From an uncultured Gemmatimonadales bacterium (GTDB lineage Bacteria; Gemmatimonadota; Gemmatimonadetes; Longimicrobiales; RSA9), in the NCBI GenBank assembly GCA_963798845.1, contig CAWCUS010000006.1, positions 896,001 to 960,000 of the forward strand: a stretch of DNA of 64,000 nucleotides. Direction: 5' to 3'. The first letter of the stretch is position 1, and the number at the start of each line of letters is the position of its first letter. The position numbers and the translations under genes are program-made. The notes below the pieces were generated by a model, which saw only the letters and a list, made by a program, of their open reading frames with translations, did not search any database and was not told the origin of the DNA. Below are positions 1 to 8,460 of the stretch, piece after piece.

Positions 1-1269
1 TCGGCCGTCGGCTTCCGCAACGTGGCGTCCGGCGACATGGTGCTGGTGCCCGATCTGGCCACGGGGGCGCCGGACCCGTTCTGGGACTCGGCGACGCTCT
101 CCTTCATCTGCTTCGCCAGGGAAGCGGACACCAGGGCTCCCCACCCGCACGATCCCCGCAACATCGCGGCGAACGCCGAGACGTTCCTGCAGACGTCGAA
201 CGTGGCCGACACCAGCCGCTGGGGCCCCGAATTCGAGTTCTACGTGTTCGACGACGTCCGTTTCGAGAACGGGGTGAACCGGGCCTCGTATCGCGTCGAG
301 TCGCGCGAGGCGGAATGGTCCACCACGAACGGCTCGAACGGTGCGAGCGGGCACACGATCCCGCTGCACGGTGGGTACCACGCCATGCCGCCGGCCGACC
401 GGCTCTACAACCTTCGGGCAGAGATCTCCATGCACCTCGGCGCCATGGGCGTGCCGGTCAAGTATCACCACCACGAGGTCGGTGGACCGGGGCAGGTGGA
501 GCTCGAGATCCCGCTGGCCGGGCTGGTGGCGGCGGGGGACATGGGGATGCTGGTGAAGTACGTCGCCAAGATGACGGCGGCGAAGCACGGTCAGACCACG
601 ACGTTCATGCCCAAGCCGCTCTTCGGGGAGGCGGGGAGCGGAATGCACTTCCACCAGCAGCTTCTCCGCGCCGGCGACAACCTGTTCTACGACGCCGACG
701 GCTACGGCTTCCTGAGCGACCCGGCGCGGTGGTACATCGGCGGGCTGCTGCTGCACGCCCCGGCGCTCCTGGGGCTCACGAACCCGAGCACCAACTCGTA
801 TCGGAGGCTCGTGCCAGGGTTCGAGGCGCCCGTGCGCACCTTCTTCTCGCTGGCCAACCGCAGCGCCGCCGTCCGCATCCCGAAGTACGCCACGTCCCGC
901 GAGGCCGTGCGCATGGAGTTCCGGCCGCCGGACGCCACCGGCAACATCTACCTGTCGATGGCCGCGCAGCTCATGGCGGGGATCGATGGCATCCGCAGGC
1001 GAGTGGAGCCGTCCGAGCACGGGTTCGGGCCGATCGACGAGGATGTCTTCTCTCTGCCGCCGGAGCGGAGCGCCGCGATCGGACAGCTGCCCACGTCACT
1101 GGAGGACGCGCTCGACGCCCTCGCCGCCGACCACGACTTCCTCCTGGGCGGAGGCGTGTTCAGCGCTGAGCTGATCGAGCGCTGGATCCGCGTGAAGCGG
1201 GAGAAGGAGGTCCTGCCCGTCAGGGCCCGGCCGCACCCCTACGAAGTCATGCTCTACTTCGACGTGTAG
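1..1269 (+). CDS. glnA: Glutamine synthetase type I (5' end outside window)
   Basis: Motifs GPEFEFYVF, HHHEV, TFMPKP, GSGMHFHQ, SYRRLVPGFEAP, NRSAAVRIP, MEFRPPD and C-terminal PHPYE; frame is open from the window edge. Confidence 0.93.
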   Translation, partial: SAVGFRNVASGDMVLVPDLATGAPDPFWDSATLSFICFAREADTRAPHPHDPRNIAANAETFLQTSNVADTSRWGPEFEFYVFDDVRFENGVNRASYRVESREAEWSTTNGSNGASGHTIPLHGGYHAMPPADRLYNLRAEISMHLGAMGVPVKYHHHEVGGPGQVELEIPLAGLVAAGDMGMLVKYVAKMTAAKHGQTTTFMPKPLFGEAGSGMHFHQQLLRAGDNLFYDADGYGFLSDPARWYIGGLLLHAPALLGLTNPSTNSYRRLVPGFEAPVRTFFSLANRSAAVRIPKYATSREAVRMEFRPPDATGNIYLSMAAQLMAGIDGIRRRVEPSEHGFGPIDEDVFSLPPERSAAIGQLPTSLEDALDALAADHDFLLGGGVFSAELIERWIRVKREKEVLPVRARPHPYEVMLYFDV

Positions 1270-1305
1270 GCCACGAGGAGGACGGGCGATCGTGACTTGG
1301 TGCGA

Positions 1306-2508
1306 TCACGCGGTTCCGAGCACCTCGCGGATGTCCGGAAGCACGCCCTCGAGCTGCTCCTTCGTGACGATCAGCGGCGGAGCGAACCGGACCACCTCTT
1401 CGTGCGTCTCCTTGGCCAGGATCCCGCGCTCCTTCAGCGCCTCGCAGTAGGGGCGGGCAGCGCCTGTCATGACGACGCCGATCAGGAGGCCGCGGCCGCG
1501 GACCTGCCTCACGTTTGGCGATTCCATTGCCCGGAGCTCGCCCATGAACCATTCGCCCAGCTCCGCGGCGCGCTGCGGTAGGCGCTCCTCCACGATCACG
1601 TCGAGCGCGGCGAGGCCGACGGCGGCGCCCAGCGGATTCCCGCCGAACGTGGAACCGTGGCTTCCCGGGGTGAACACCTGCATCACCTCGTCGTCGGCCA
1701 GGATCGCGGACACTGGATAGACACCGCCGCCCAGCGCCTTGCCGACGATCATCACGTCCGGCCGCACGTCCTCCCACTCGCTGGCGAACATCCGCCCGGT
1801 ACGGCCGAGGCCCGTCTGGATCTCGTCCGCGATCAGAAGGGCGCCGTGCCGGCGACACAGGTCGCGGGCGCCCTTCAGGAAGCCGTCCGGCGGCACCACC
1901 ACGCCCGCCTCGCCCTGGATCGGCTCGACCAGCACCCCCACCGTGCGTTCCGACATGGCCTCGGTCAGCGCGTCCAGGTCGCCATACGGGAGGATCCGGA
2001 ACCCGGGTGTCAGGGGCCCGAAACCCTCCTTGTAGAGCGGCTCGGAGGAGAAGCTGATGATGGTCGTGGTGCGGCCGTGGAAGTTGCCCTCGAACACGAG
2101 GATCTCGGCCCGGTCCGCGGGCACACCTTTCAGGTCGTAGCCCCATTTGCGCACGGCCTTGATCGCGGTCTCCACCGCTTCGGCCCCCGTGTTCATGGGG
2201 AGTGCCTTGTCGTAGCCGGACAGCTCGCAGAGTCGCTCGAGGAAGGGCCCCATGCGGTCGTTCTGGAAGGCGCGCGACGTGAGCGGGAGGCGGCGGGCCT
2301 GCTCTATCAGCGCTTCCACGATGCGCGGGTGTGCGTGACCCTGGTTGACGGCGGAATAGGCCGAGAGCATGTCCATGTACTTGCGCCCTTCCACATCCCA
2401 CACCCACACCCCCTCCCCGCGCGTCAGGACCACGGGAAGCGGATGGTAGTTGTGGGCGCCGAATCGGTCCGCCTGCTGCAGGTATGCTTGCGTGTCCATG
2501 ACTGACAT
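1306..2508 (-). CDS. rocD: Ornithine--oxo-acid aminotransferase (class III PLP enzyme)
   Basis: GAHNYHPLPVV, LSAYSAVNQGH, MNTGAEAVETA, NFHGRT, DEIQTGLGRTG, GKALGGG, HGSTFGGNP; start re-picked at ATG 2508 (or 2499). Confidence 0.92.
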   Translation of the reverse strand: MSVMDTQAYLQQADRFGAHNYHPLPVVLTRGEGVWVWDVEGRKYMDMLSAYSAVNQGHAHPRIVEALIEQARRLPLTSRAFQNDRMGPFLERLCELSGYDKALPMNTGAEAVETAIKAVRKWGYDLKGVPADRAEILVFEGNFHGRTTTIISFSSEPLYKEGFGPLTPGFRILPYGDLDALTEAMSERTVGVLVEPIQGEAGVVVPPDGFLKGARDLCRRHGALLIADEIQTGLGRTGRMFASEWEDVRPDVMIVGKALGGGVYPVSAILADDEVMQVFTPGSHGSTFGGNPLGAAVGLAALDVIVEERLPQRAAELGEWFMGELRAMESPNVRQVRGRGLLIGVVMTGAARPYCEALKERGILAKETHEEVVRFAPPLIVTKEQLEGVLPDIREVLGTA

Positions 2509-2662
2509 CTCTCGGTCGATCAGGTAGCCGTGGAGGCCTCGCGCCTCCGCCGCGCCGCGCGCGTGGCTGCGAAGTTCGGGAGAGCCCGGGCGAGCCGCAA
2601 GCCCGCGGAGCGGAAGGTCGCCCGAGCACACCAGGACGGCTCCGCTCGCGCGGCGTTCAGGG

Positions 2663-3724
2663 CTAGCGCGCGGCCACCTCCGCCGGCATCGCCGGAGCGG
2701 GGGCGGCCGGGAGCGTGGGCTCGTTGACGTAGTCGAAGTCCACGGGGCCGGTGAGCGTGCGCAGCCAGGTCGTGATCGCGGCCACGTCGTCTTCCGACAG
2801 GTTGGCCCCGAGCTGGTGCCAGCCCATGATCCGGACCGCATCCGACAGGCGCTGCACCGAGCCGTCGTGGAAGTACGGCCAGGTTTCCTCCACGTTCCTC
2901 AGCGACGGGACCTTGAACATCATCCGGTCCGGTTCCTGGCCGGTGACCTGAACGCGCCCGGGGTCGCTCTGGTCGTACCACGCGTGGACCAGGCCGGCCT
3001 TCTGGTAGCTCGCGCCACCCACGTACACGCCGGCGTGGCAGGCCCCGCAGCCGGCGTCCACGAACGCCTCGAAGCCCGCCATTTCGGTGGGCTCCAGCGC
3101 GGCCGCGTCGCCTGCCAGGAACGCGTCCCAGCGGGAGGGCGTCACCAGGCCCCGCTCGAACGCCCCGATCGCCTGGCCGAAGTTCCGGAACGTGACGGGC
3201 TCGGGCTCCCCCGGGAACGACGCCTCGAACGCCCGCACATAGCCCGGGATCGACTTCAGCACTGCAACCACTTCCGGCTCCGTCGGCATTCCCATCTCCA
3301 CCGGGTTCAAGACGGGTCCGAGCGCCTGGGTTTCCACGTCCGCGGCCCGTCCATCCCAGAACTGGGCAATGTGCCCGGCCGCGTTGTAGACGGTCGGCTC
3401 GTTGCGGGCACCGACGTGGCCGTCGTGGCCCACACCCGTGGACCGATGGCTGGTGCCGTAGTCGTGAAGAGGGTGGCAGACATAGCACGAAATGTCGCCG
3501 CTCACCGAGAAGCGCGTGTCGTAGTAGAGCATCCGACCGAGCGCCACCTTCTCGGCTGTCATGGCGTTGGACTCCGACATCATGGCCGTCGGCAGGGGCC
3601 CGTAGGCGGCCAGCAGCTCCGGATCCACGTCGGCCACCGCGCCGTCACCGCCCGCACTTCCGCCACACGCGGCGGCGCCCGCTGCCAGGACCGCCATCAT
3701 CGAAAGTCGACGCCTGTTCCTCAT
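2663..3724 (-). CDS. Di-heme cytochrome c peroxidase (CcpA/MauG family), predicted lipoprotein
   Basis: Two CxxCH motifs (CYVCH, CGACH), RNEPTV, QFWDGRA, FKVPSLRNV, PYFHDGS; lipobox-like AAAC after a signal peptide. Confidence 0.9.
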   Translation of the reverse strand: MRNRRRLSMMAVLAAGAAACGGSAGGDGAVADVDPELLAAYGPLPTAMMSESNAMTAEKVALGRMLYYDTRFSVSGDISCYVCHPLHDYGTSHRSTGVGHDGHVGARNEPTVYNAAGHIAQFWDGRAADVETQALGPVLNPVEMGMPTEPEVVAVLKSIPGYVRAFEASFPGEPEPVTFRNFGQAIGAFERGLVTPSRWDAFLAGDAAALEPTEMAGFEAFVDAGCGACHAGVYVGGASYQKAGLVHAWYDQSDPGRVQVTGQEPDRMMFKVPSLRNVEETWPYFHDGSVQRLSDAVRIMGWHQLGANLSEDDVAAITTWLRTLTGPVDFDYVNEPTLPAAPAPAMPAEVAAR

Positions 3725-3827
3725 GCTGCCCCCCGGTTCGGGTGCGGACCGGTCCGCCGACATTGTGCCTGCGAGGCGAACGGTCGAGATTGCTCACCAG
3801 GATCGTCGGCCTCCACCCGACCCGACG

Positions 3828-3845
3828 ATCCGGCAAATGACGGAT
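3828..3845. promoter_or_regulatory. 18-bp near-palindromic operator candidate ATCCGGCAAATGACGGAT
   Basis: Inverted symmetry (ATCCG...CGGAT) between the divergent peroxidase and LuxR-type regulator genes. Confidence 0.55.
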
Positions 3846-3885
3846 ACGCCGCTCCGGCGCGGGCGGGCGGGAAGGGGAGAGAGGA

Positions 3886-4524
3886 ATGCGGGAGCTCGAT
3901 GGGCGGCAACTGCGGATGGTCTTGCCGACCGTGGTCGTGCTGGTGCTCCTCGTCGGGGTGACGAACCTGGTCCTGGACCGAGCCACGGATGCGTCGGCGC
4001 ACGCGGTGTTCGAGCTCACCACCTATCTGGGCGCGCTGGGCGTCTCGTGCGCGCTGTGGCTGGGCTGGTGGCGCGCGCACGAGCGGGGAGAGGCGCTGCG
4101 TCGGGCGCTCCGCGAGCGGCGTGACGAGCGCGACCGCTGGCGTGCCTCCGCGCAGCGGATGCAGGACGGGCTGCCGCAGAGGATGGAGGTGGCGTTCTCG
4201 TCCTGGGACCTGACGCCTGCGGAGCGGGATGTCGCCGTGCTCCTGCTGAAGGGACACAGCCACAAGGCGGTCGCCCGCCTCACGGAACGGTCGGAGCGGA
4301 CGGTCCGCCAGCACGCGGTGAGCGTGTACCAGAAGTCGAGGATGGGCGGCCGCGCGGAGCTCGCTGCCCATTTTCTGGATGAGCTGACGTCCGTGGTCGG
4401 AGACGGGGAAGAAGGGGCAAACGGGGAGGCAGGGAAGGGCCATCATCCACGTCGTGCCGGGCAAGCGGCCGCGGGTCTCCGCGGTGGGCGCCTGGCGGAG
4501 GGAGAGGAGCCTCGGCGATGCTGA
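3886..4524 (+). CDS. Membrane-anchored LuxR-family HTH transcriptional regulator
   Basis: Two N-terminal hydrophobic helices, a coiled coil, then LTPAERDVAVLLLKGHSHKAVARLTERSERTVRQHAVSVYQK. Confidence 0.85.
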   Translation: MRELDGRQLRMVLPTVVVLVLLVGVTNLVLDRATDASAHAVFELTTYLGALGVSCALWLGWWRAHERGEALRRALRERRDERDRWRASAQRMQDGLPQRMEVAFSSWDLTPAERDVAVLLLKGHSHKAVARLTERSERTVRQHAVSVYQKSRMGGRAELAAHFLDELTSVVGDGEEGANGEAGKGHHPRRAGQAAAGLRGGRLAEGEEPRRC

Positions 4525-5111
4525 TCGAGCGATTCATACCGGAGCCCGATTTCGAGGAAGCCCGCGAGCTGGAGGTCGATGCGGTCCCGGAGGTGGTGAT
4601 GGGCGTGATCAAGGCGGCCGAGCTGCGGGACCCGGTGATCGCCACGCTCTTCGCCGTGCGCGATCTCCCGAACCGGGTGGCCCGGCGACTCGGCCGGCCG
4701 CAGCCGGACGCGGGTGGGACGTCGTTCGCGAACATCCCGGACGCAGGGCCGGGCTGGGTGAAGCTGGCGGAGGAGCCGGGGCGCGGACTGGTGCTGGGCG
4801 CGATCGGCCGGTTCTGGCGTCGTGATTACGGTCCGAGGAAGGTGCCTGGAGAGGAGTTCGCGTCGTTCTCGGAGCCGGGCTACCTCAAGCTGGCCGTCGC
4901 GTCGGAGGTTGAGCCCCGCGGCTACGGCCGCAGCCTGCTGCACTACGAGGCGAGGGTGGAGGCCACGGACGCGGAGGCGAGGCGACAGTTCGTCCGCTAC
5001 TGGAAGGTGATCGCGCGGGGAAACGAGGTGGTGGTGCGGCGGGCGCTGCAGCGCATCAAGGCCGAGGCCGAGTGGCGAGAGTGCCTGACGGGCGCGCTCT
5101 CGGACCGGTGA
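4518..5111 (+). CDS. Conserved hypothetical protein (DUF2867-like)
   Basis: LFAVRDLP, LVLGAIGRFW, YEARVEATD, FVRYW pattern; overlaps the regulator stop codon. Confidence 0.65.
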   Translation: MLIERFIPEPDFEEARELEVDAVPEVVMGVIKAAELRDPVIATLFAVRDLPNRVARRLGRPQPDAGGTSFANIPDAGPGWVKLAEEPGRGLVLGAIGRFWRRDYGPRKVPGEEFASFSEPGYLKLAVASEVEPRGYGRSLLHYEARVEATDAEARRQFVRYWKVIARGNEVVVRRALQRIKAEAEWRECLTGALSDR

Positions 5112-5120
5112 GGCGGCCGA

Positions 5121-5489
5121 TCAGCGGTCGCGAAGCATGGCGCTGCGCCGGTCCGTGTCGGCCTCGATCCGGCCGCACATGATGTCGCACATCACGAAGA
5201 TGTCGTCGCCGGCTAGGCTGTAGTAGACGTAGAGCCCTTCCTTGCGCCGCTTCACGAAGCCGAGGGAGTGGAGCAGCTGCAGGTGCTTCGAGACGTTCGC
5301 CTGGCCGAGCTCGGTCTCCTCCACCATGCCCGACACCGTCCGCTCTCCTTCACGCAGCGTCTGGAGGATGAGCAGGCGCGCCGGCTCAGCCAGGGCCTTG
5401 AAGCGCTGGGCCACCAGCGTGATCAGCTCCGGCGAAAGCGGCTCCTCCTCCATTCCTGCCATCAACGCCTCCAGCGTGCGGTTCGTCAT
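5121..5489 (-). CDS. ArsR/SmtB-family transcriptional regulator with C-terminal CxxxC
   Basis: RFKALAEPARLLIL, QANVSKHLQLL, RRKEGLYVYYSL, MCDIMCG. Confidence 0.9.
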   Translation of the reverse strand: MTNRTLEALMAGMEEEPLSPELITLVAQRFKALAEPARLLILQTLREGERTVSGMVEETELGQANVSKHLQLLHSLGFVKRRKEGLYVYYSLAGDDIFVMCDIMCGRIEADTDRRSAMLRDR

Positions 5490-5649
5490 GCCGCGTCCCG
5501 GACGGCTCGCGACGCGAACACGACGGCCACGCGGTCCAGCCGAGCGGCACGCGGCCCGTCCGCCGCGTCACCTGCAAGGGCTCGACTCCCGACAAAGTAG
5601 GAACCCCGCCCATAAGCGACCAGCCATGCCGTCCGCGCGGTGAACGCGA

Positions 5650-6144
5650 TCACGCGGCCGCCTCCCGCTCCTTCCTCACGCGGCGCGCGTAGTCGAGCGC
5701 CATCATCGCCAGCGGACGGCTCGAGAGCCCCGCCTTCACGGCGGCCCCCAGTGCCTGCTCCTCCGTCAGGCCCTCATCCAGGATCCACCACGGGATCAGC
5801 GCCGCGCCCACCCGGTTCCCGGACGCGCAGTGGACCACCACCGGCTCCGAGCGCGCAGCGCGCATCACCTCCCGGACGCGCGCGAACGTTTCGTCACGGA
5901 TCGGGCCGTGGCCAAAAGGCACCCTCACGTACCGCAGACCCGCGCGCTCCACCGCCCCGGCCTCGTCATGACCCCGAGGCTCCCAATCCTCCCGGATATC
6001 CACGACCGCAGCAATGCCAGCCGCCCGAAGCCCGGCCCACTGCCGCGCCATCGGTTGGCCGGCCGAGATCACGCCGGGCCACGGCTCCCTCGCGTTCGGA
6101 AGCGACAGTGCCGCGCTCCCGGTCGTGCGTCCGCCCTTCTTCAC
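5650..6144 (-). CDS. DUF442/Blh-like sulfurtransferase or phosphatase-fold protein
   Basis: ISAGQP, VVDIRE, and a VVVHCASGNRVG Cx4R loop. Confidence 0.75.
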   Translation of the reverse strand: MKKGGRTTGSAALSLPNAREPWPGVISAGQPMARQWAGLRAAGIAAVVDIREDWEPRGHDEAGAVERAGLRYVRVPFGHGPIRDETFARVREVMRAARSEPVVVHCASGNRVGAALIPWWILDEGLTEEQALGAAVKAGLSSRPLAMMALDYARRVRKEREAAA

Positions 6145-6252
6145 CCATCCCTCCTCAAGGCTCCATCCTCCTTCCTGCCGCCTCCCTCCGCTGGCGTTGG
6201 CGAGTTGCTCGCCCGGGCCGGAGCGGGAGCACGACGGAGCGTCCGTCCATCA

Positions 6253-6305
6253 CTGTAGGGGAATGTACTACAGGGGTCAAGCGCCCTGTAGGGACACGGA
6301 CTACA
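6253..6305. promoter_or_regulatory. Tandem palindromic operators TGTAGGG-N6-ACTACA (two copies, 33 bp apart)
   Basis: TGTAG-gggaatgta-CTACA at 6254-6272 and TGTAG-ggacacgga-CTACA at 6287-6305, in a divergent intergenic region. Confidence 0.6.
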
Positions 6306-6432
6306 AGCGACAAAGGGAGGATCCCGCACGACGGATCTGGATGGAGACATGGGTGAGGAGAATCACCCGACTGCGCGGGCGCGCGGGAGAGCGTAGGTTG
6401 GAGAAGCGGATTCCCAGGGAAATGGGGGACGC

Positions 6433-6666
6433 ATGCTTCGCAGGTTGCTGGGCGCAATCCTCCATCGGCGTGTTCCGCAGTTCCTGTGCGTGTACGCGGC
6501 GGGGGCGTGGGCCATCGTGGAGCTGGTGGCGCTGGCGGTGGAAGGAGGACGGGCGCCACCCTGGCTGCTGTACTCTGCCCGGGCTCTGCTGGCGCTGCTG
6601 GTGCCGTGCGTGGCCGTGGCCGCCTGGCGGCTCGGCGTCGGGGGCAGCGCGGCAGCGCGTCGCTGA
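6433..6666 (+). CDS. Small two-TM membrane protein
   Basis: 77 aa, GGGGGA RBS-like site, two hydrophobic segments, RRVPQFLCVYAAGAWAIVELV. Confidence 0.55.
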   Translation: MLRRLLGAILHRRVPQFLCVYAAGAWAIVELVALAVEGGRAPPWLLYSARALLALLVPCVAVAAWRLGVGGSAAARR

Positions 6667-6797
6667 CGGCTCCCCCCGGGGCGACGCTTCTCCCACCTTC
6701 CGTTATCTTTATCGCTTCATGTCGGCGCAGCCGTCCGTCCGCGGGACGGGCGCGCCGCCGGTGAGGCGCGGCACAACCGAGCAGGGGCGAGCATAGG

Positions 6798-7886
6798 ATG
6801 ACGGGGAGGGTGTGGAGATCCGGGCCGAACGTGCTGGCGCTGGCCATGTTCCTCGCGGCGTGCGGGACGCCGCCGCCGGCATCGCCCGTCCCGCGCCGAG
6901 AGCGGCCCGACACGGCGGCATCGCCGGAGGCCCGGCCGCCGGAGGGGAAGGTGGCCGAGGCGGACACGTCCGAGGCGGAGCCACCCGTCGGCGAGGAGAG
7001 CCGCCCGCCGGCGGAAGCGGAAGCGCCCACGAAACCGGAACCGAGTCCCGCGCCGAAGCGGAAGCCGCGTGCGCCCAGGCGCTCTCCCGTGCCCGTGCTG
7101 CCGGGCTCCCTCCTCCCGCGCGAGCGCATCGTGGCGTTCTATGGCAACCCGGCGTCGTCACGCATGGGGATCCTCGGCGAGCTGCCGCCGGACGAGATGC
7201 TGCGTCGGCTCGACAAGGAAGTGGCAGCCTGGCGCGCCGCCGACCCGGCTACCCCCGTGCGACCGGCGCTCCAGCTCATCGCGGTCATGGCCGCGGGCGA
7301 CCCGGGCCCCGACAGCCTCTACCGGGTCCGCATGCCCGACTGGCGCATCCAGCAGGTGATGGACTGGGCCAAGCGCCGCAACGCCCTCCTCTTCCTCGAC
7401 ATCCAGCCCGGTCGCAGCGACGTTCCCTCCGAGCTGCCCCGGCTGACCGAGTGGCTCCGGAACCCCGACGTGCACCTCGCCCTCGACCCGGAATGGTCCA
7501 TGCCCGGCAGTGCCGTTCCCGGGCGGCAGATCGGCTCCATGAAGGCCGCCGACGTCAATTACGCCATTCACTTCCTGGCCGACCTCGTGGAAAAATACCA
7601 CCTCCCCCCGAAGGTCCTCGTCGTCCACCGCTTCACCCAGAACATGCTCCGCGACGCGGGCGACATCCATCTCGACCCTCGCGTCCAGGTGGTCATCAAC
7701 ATGGATGGCTGGGGTCCGCCCTCCCAGAAGATCCACGCCTACACCGACATCGTCGCCCCCGAAGCCGAGCAGTTCACCGGCTTCAAGCTCTTCTTCCACA
7801 ACGACCGCAAGGACGGCTCGCGCATGCTCACCCCGGACGAGCTGCTCCAGCTCGATCCGCCCCCCGTCTACATCCAGTACCAGTGA
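6798..7886 (+). CDS. Lipoprotein with Pro/Glu-rich linker and conserved (probably TIM-barrel) domain
   Basis: Lipobox LAAC; RIVAFYGNP, MGILGE, FLDIQPG, VHLALDPEW, KVLVVHRF, MDGWG, GFKLFF, YIQYQ. Confidence 0.8.
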   Translation: MTGRVWRSGPNVLALAMFLAACGTPPPASPVPRRERPDTAASPEARPPEGKVAEADTSEAEPPVGEESRPPAEAEAPTKPEPSPAPKRKPRAPRRSPVPVLPGSLLPRERIVAFYGNPASSRMGILGELPPDEMLRRLDKEVAAWRAADPATPVRPALQLIAVMAAGDPGPDSLYRVRMPDWRIQQVMDWAKRRNALLFLDIQPGRSDVPSELPRLTEWLRNPDVHLALDPEWSMPGSAVPGRQIGSMKAADVNYAIHFLADLVEKYHLPPKVLVVHRFTQNMLRDAGDIHLDPRVQVVINMDGWGPPSQKIHAYTDIVAPEAEQFTGFKLFFHNDRKDGSRMLTPDELLQLDPPPVYIQYQ

Positions 7887-7903
7887 GCTGACCCGCCGTC
7901 CTC

Positions 7904-7949
7904 TTGACAGGGGTGTTACCGTTGAGCAACTAAACAACTATATGGTTAT
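7904..7949 (+). promoter_or_regulatory. Sigma70 -35 (TTGACA) plus AT-rich operator-like segment upstream of the OsmC gene
   Basis: TTGACA at 7904-7909; AACTAAACAACTATATGGTTAT is strongly AT-rich against the background; GGAGGA RBS follows. Confidence 0.5.
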
Positions 7950-7958
7950 GGAGGAGAG

Positions 7959-8399
7959 ATGCCGTATCCACCCATGGTCGTCACGCACGAGGGCGGACTG
8001 AAGTTCGCCACGGACATCCGGGGGCATCGGCTGATCGTGGATCAGCCGGCCGGGGCCGGTGCGGACGCGGGGCCGATGCCGATCGAGCTGCTGGGTGCGT
8101 CGCTGGGGACGTGCGTGGCGCTGTACGTTCAGCAGTTCTGCCACGCGCGGGGTCTGCCGCATGAAGGAATGCGGGTCGAGGTCCAGCAGATCGGGGCTCG
8201 CAATCCGGGTCGGGTGGGCGTGTTCGACGTGCGGGTGGTCTTGAAGGAAGCGATCCCGGAGGAGTACGCGCGGATGCTGGACCGTGTGGCGCGCAGCTGT
8301 CCGGCGCACAACACGCTGGTGCACGGAGCGGACGTGCAGGTGCGAGTGGAGCACCCGGCGTCGGAGGTGGAGGCGGAGCCCCGGCGTATCGCGGTCTGA
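7959..8399 (+). CDS. OsmC/Ohr-family protein
   Basis: DQPAGAGADAGPMPIELLGASLGTC ... SCPAHNTL two-cysteine pattern. Confidence 0.88.
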   Translation: MPYPPMVVTHEGGLKFATDIRGHRLIVDQPAGAGADAGPMPIELLGASLGTCVALYVQQFCHARGLPHEGMRVEVQQIGARNPGRVGVFDVRVVLKEAIPEEYARMLDRVARSCPAHNTLVHGADVQVRVEHPASEVEAEPRRIAV

Positions 8400-8460
8400 G
8401 TTCTCGTTCGACGACGGTGGTCCCGGGGCTCCGCAGACGCGGCGTCCTCCCGGGTGCGAG

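Noticed and set aside
2509..2662. Possible riboswitch upstream of rocD (GGAGAG...GAAGG)
   Set aside because: The glycine-riboswitch-like words are on the wrong strand for rocD and the rest of the consensus is missing.
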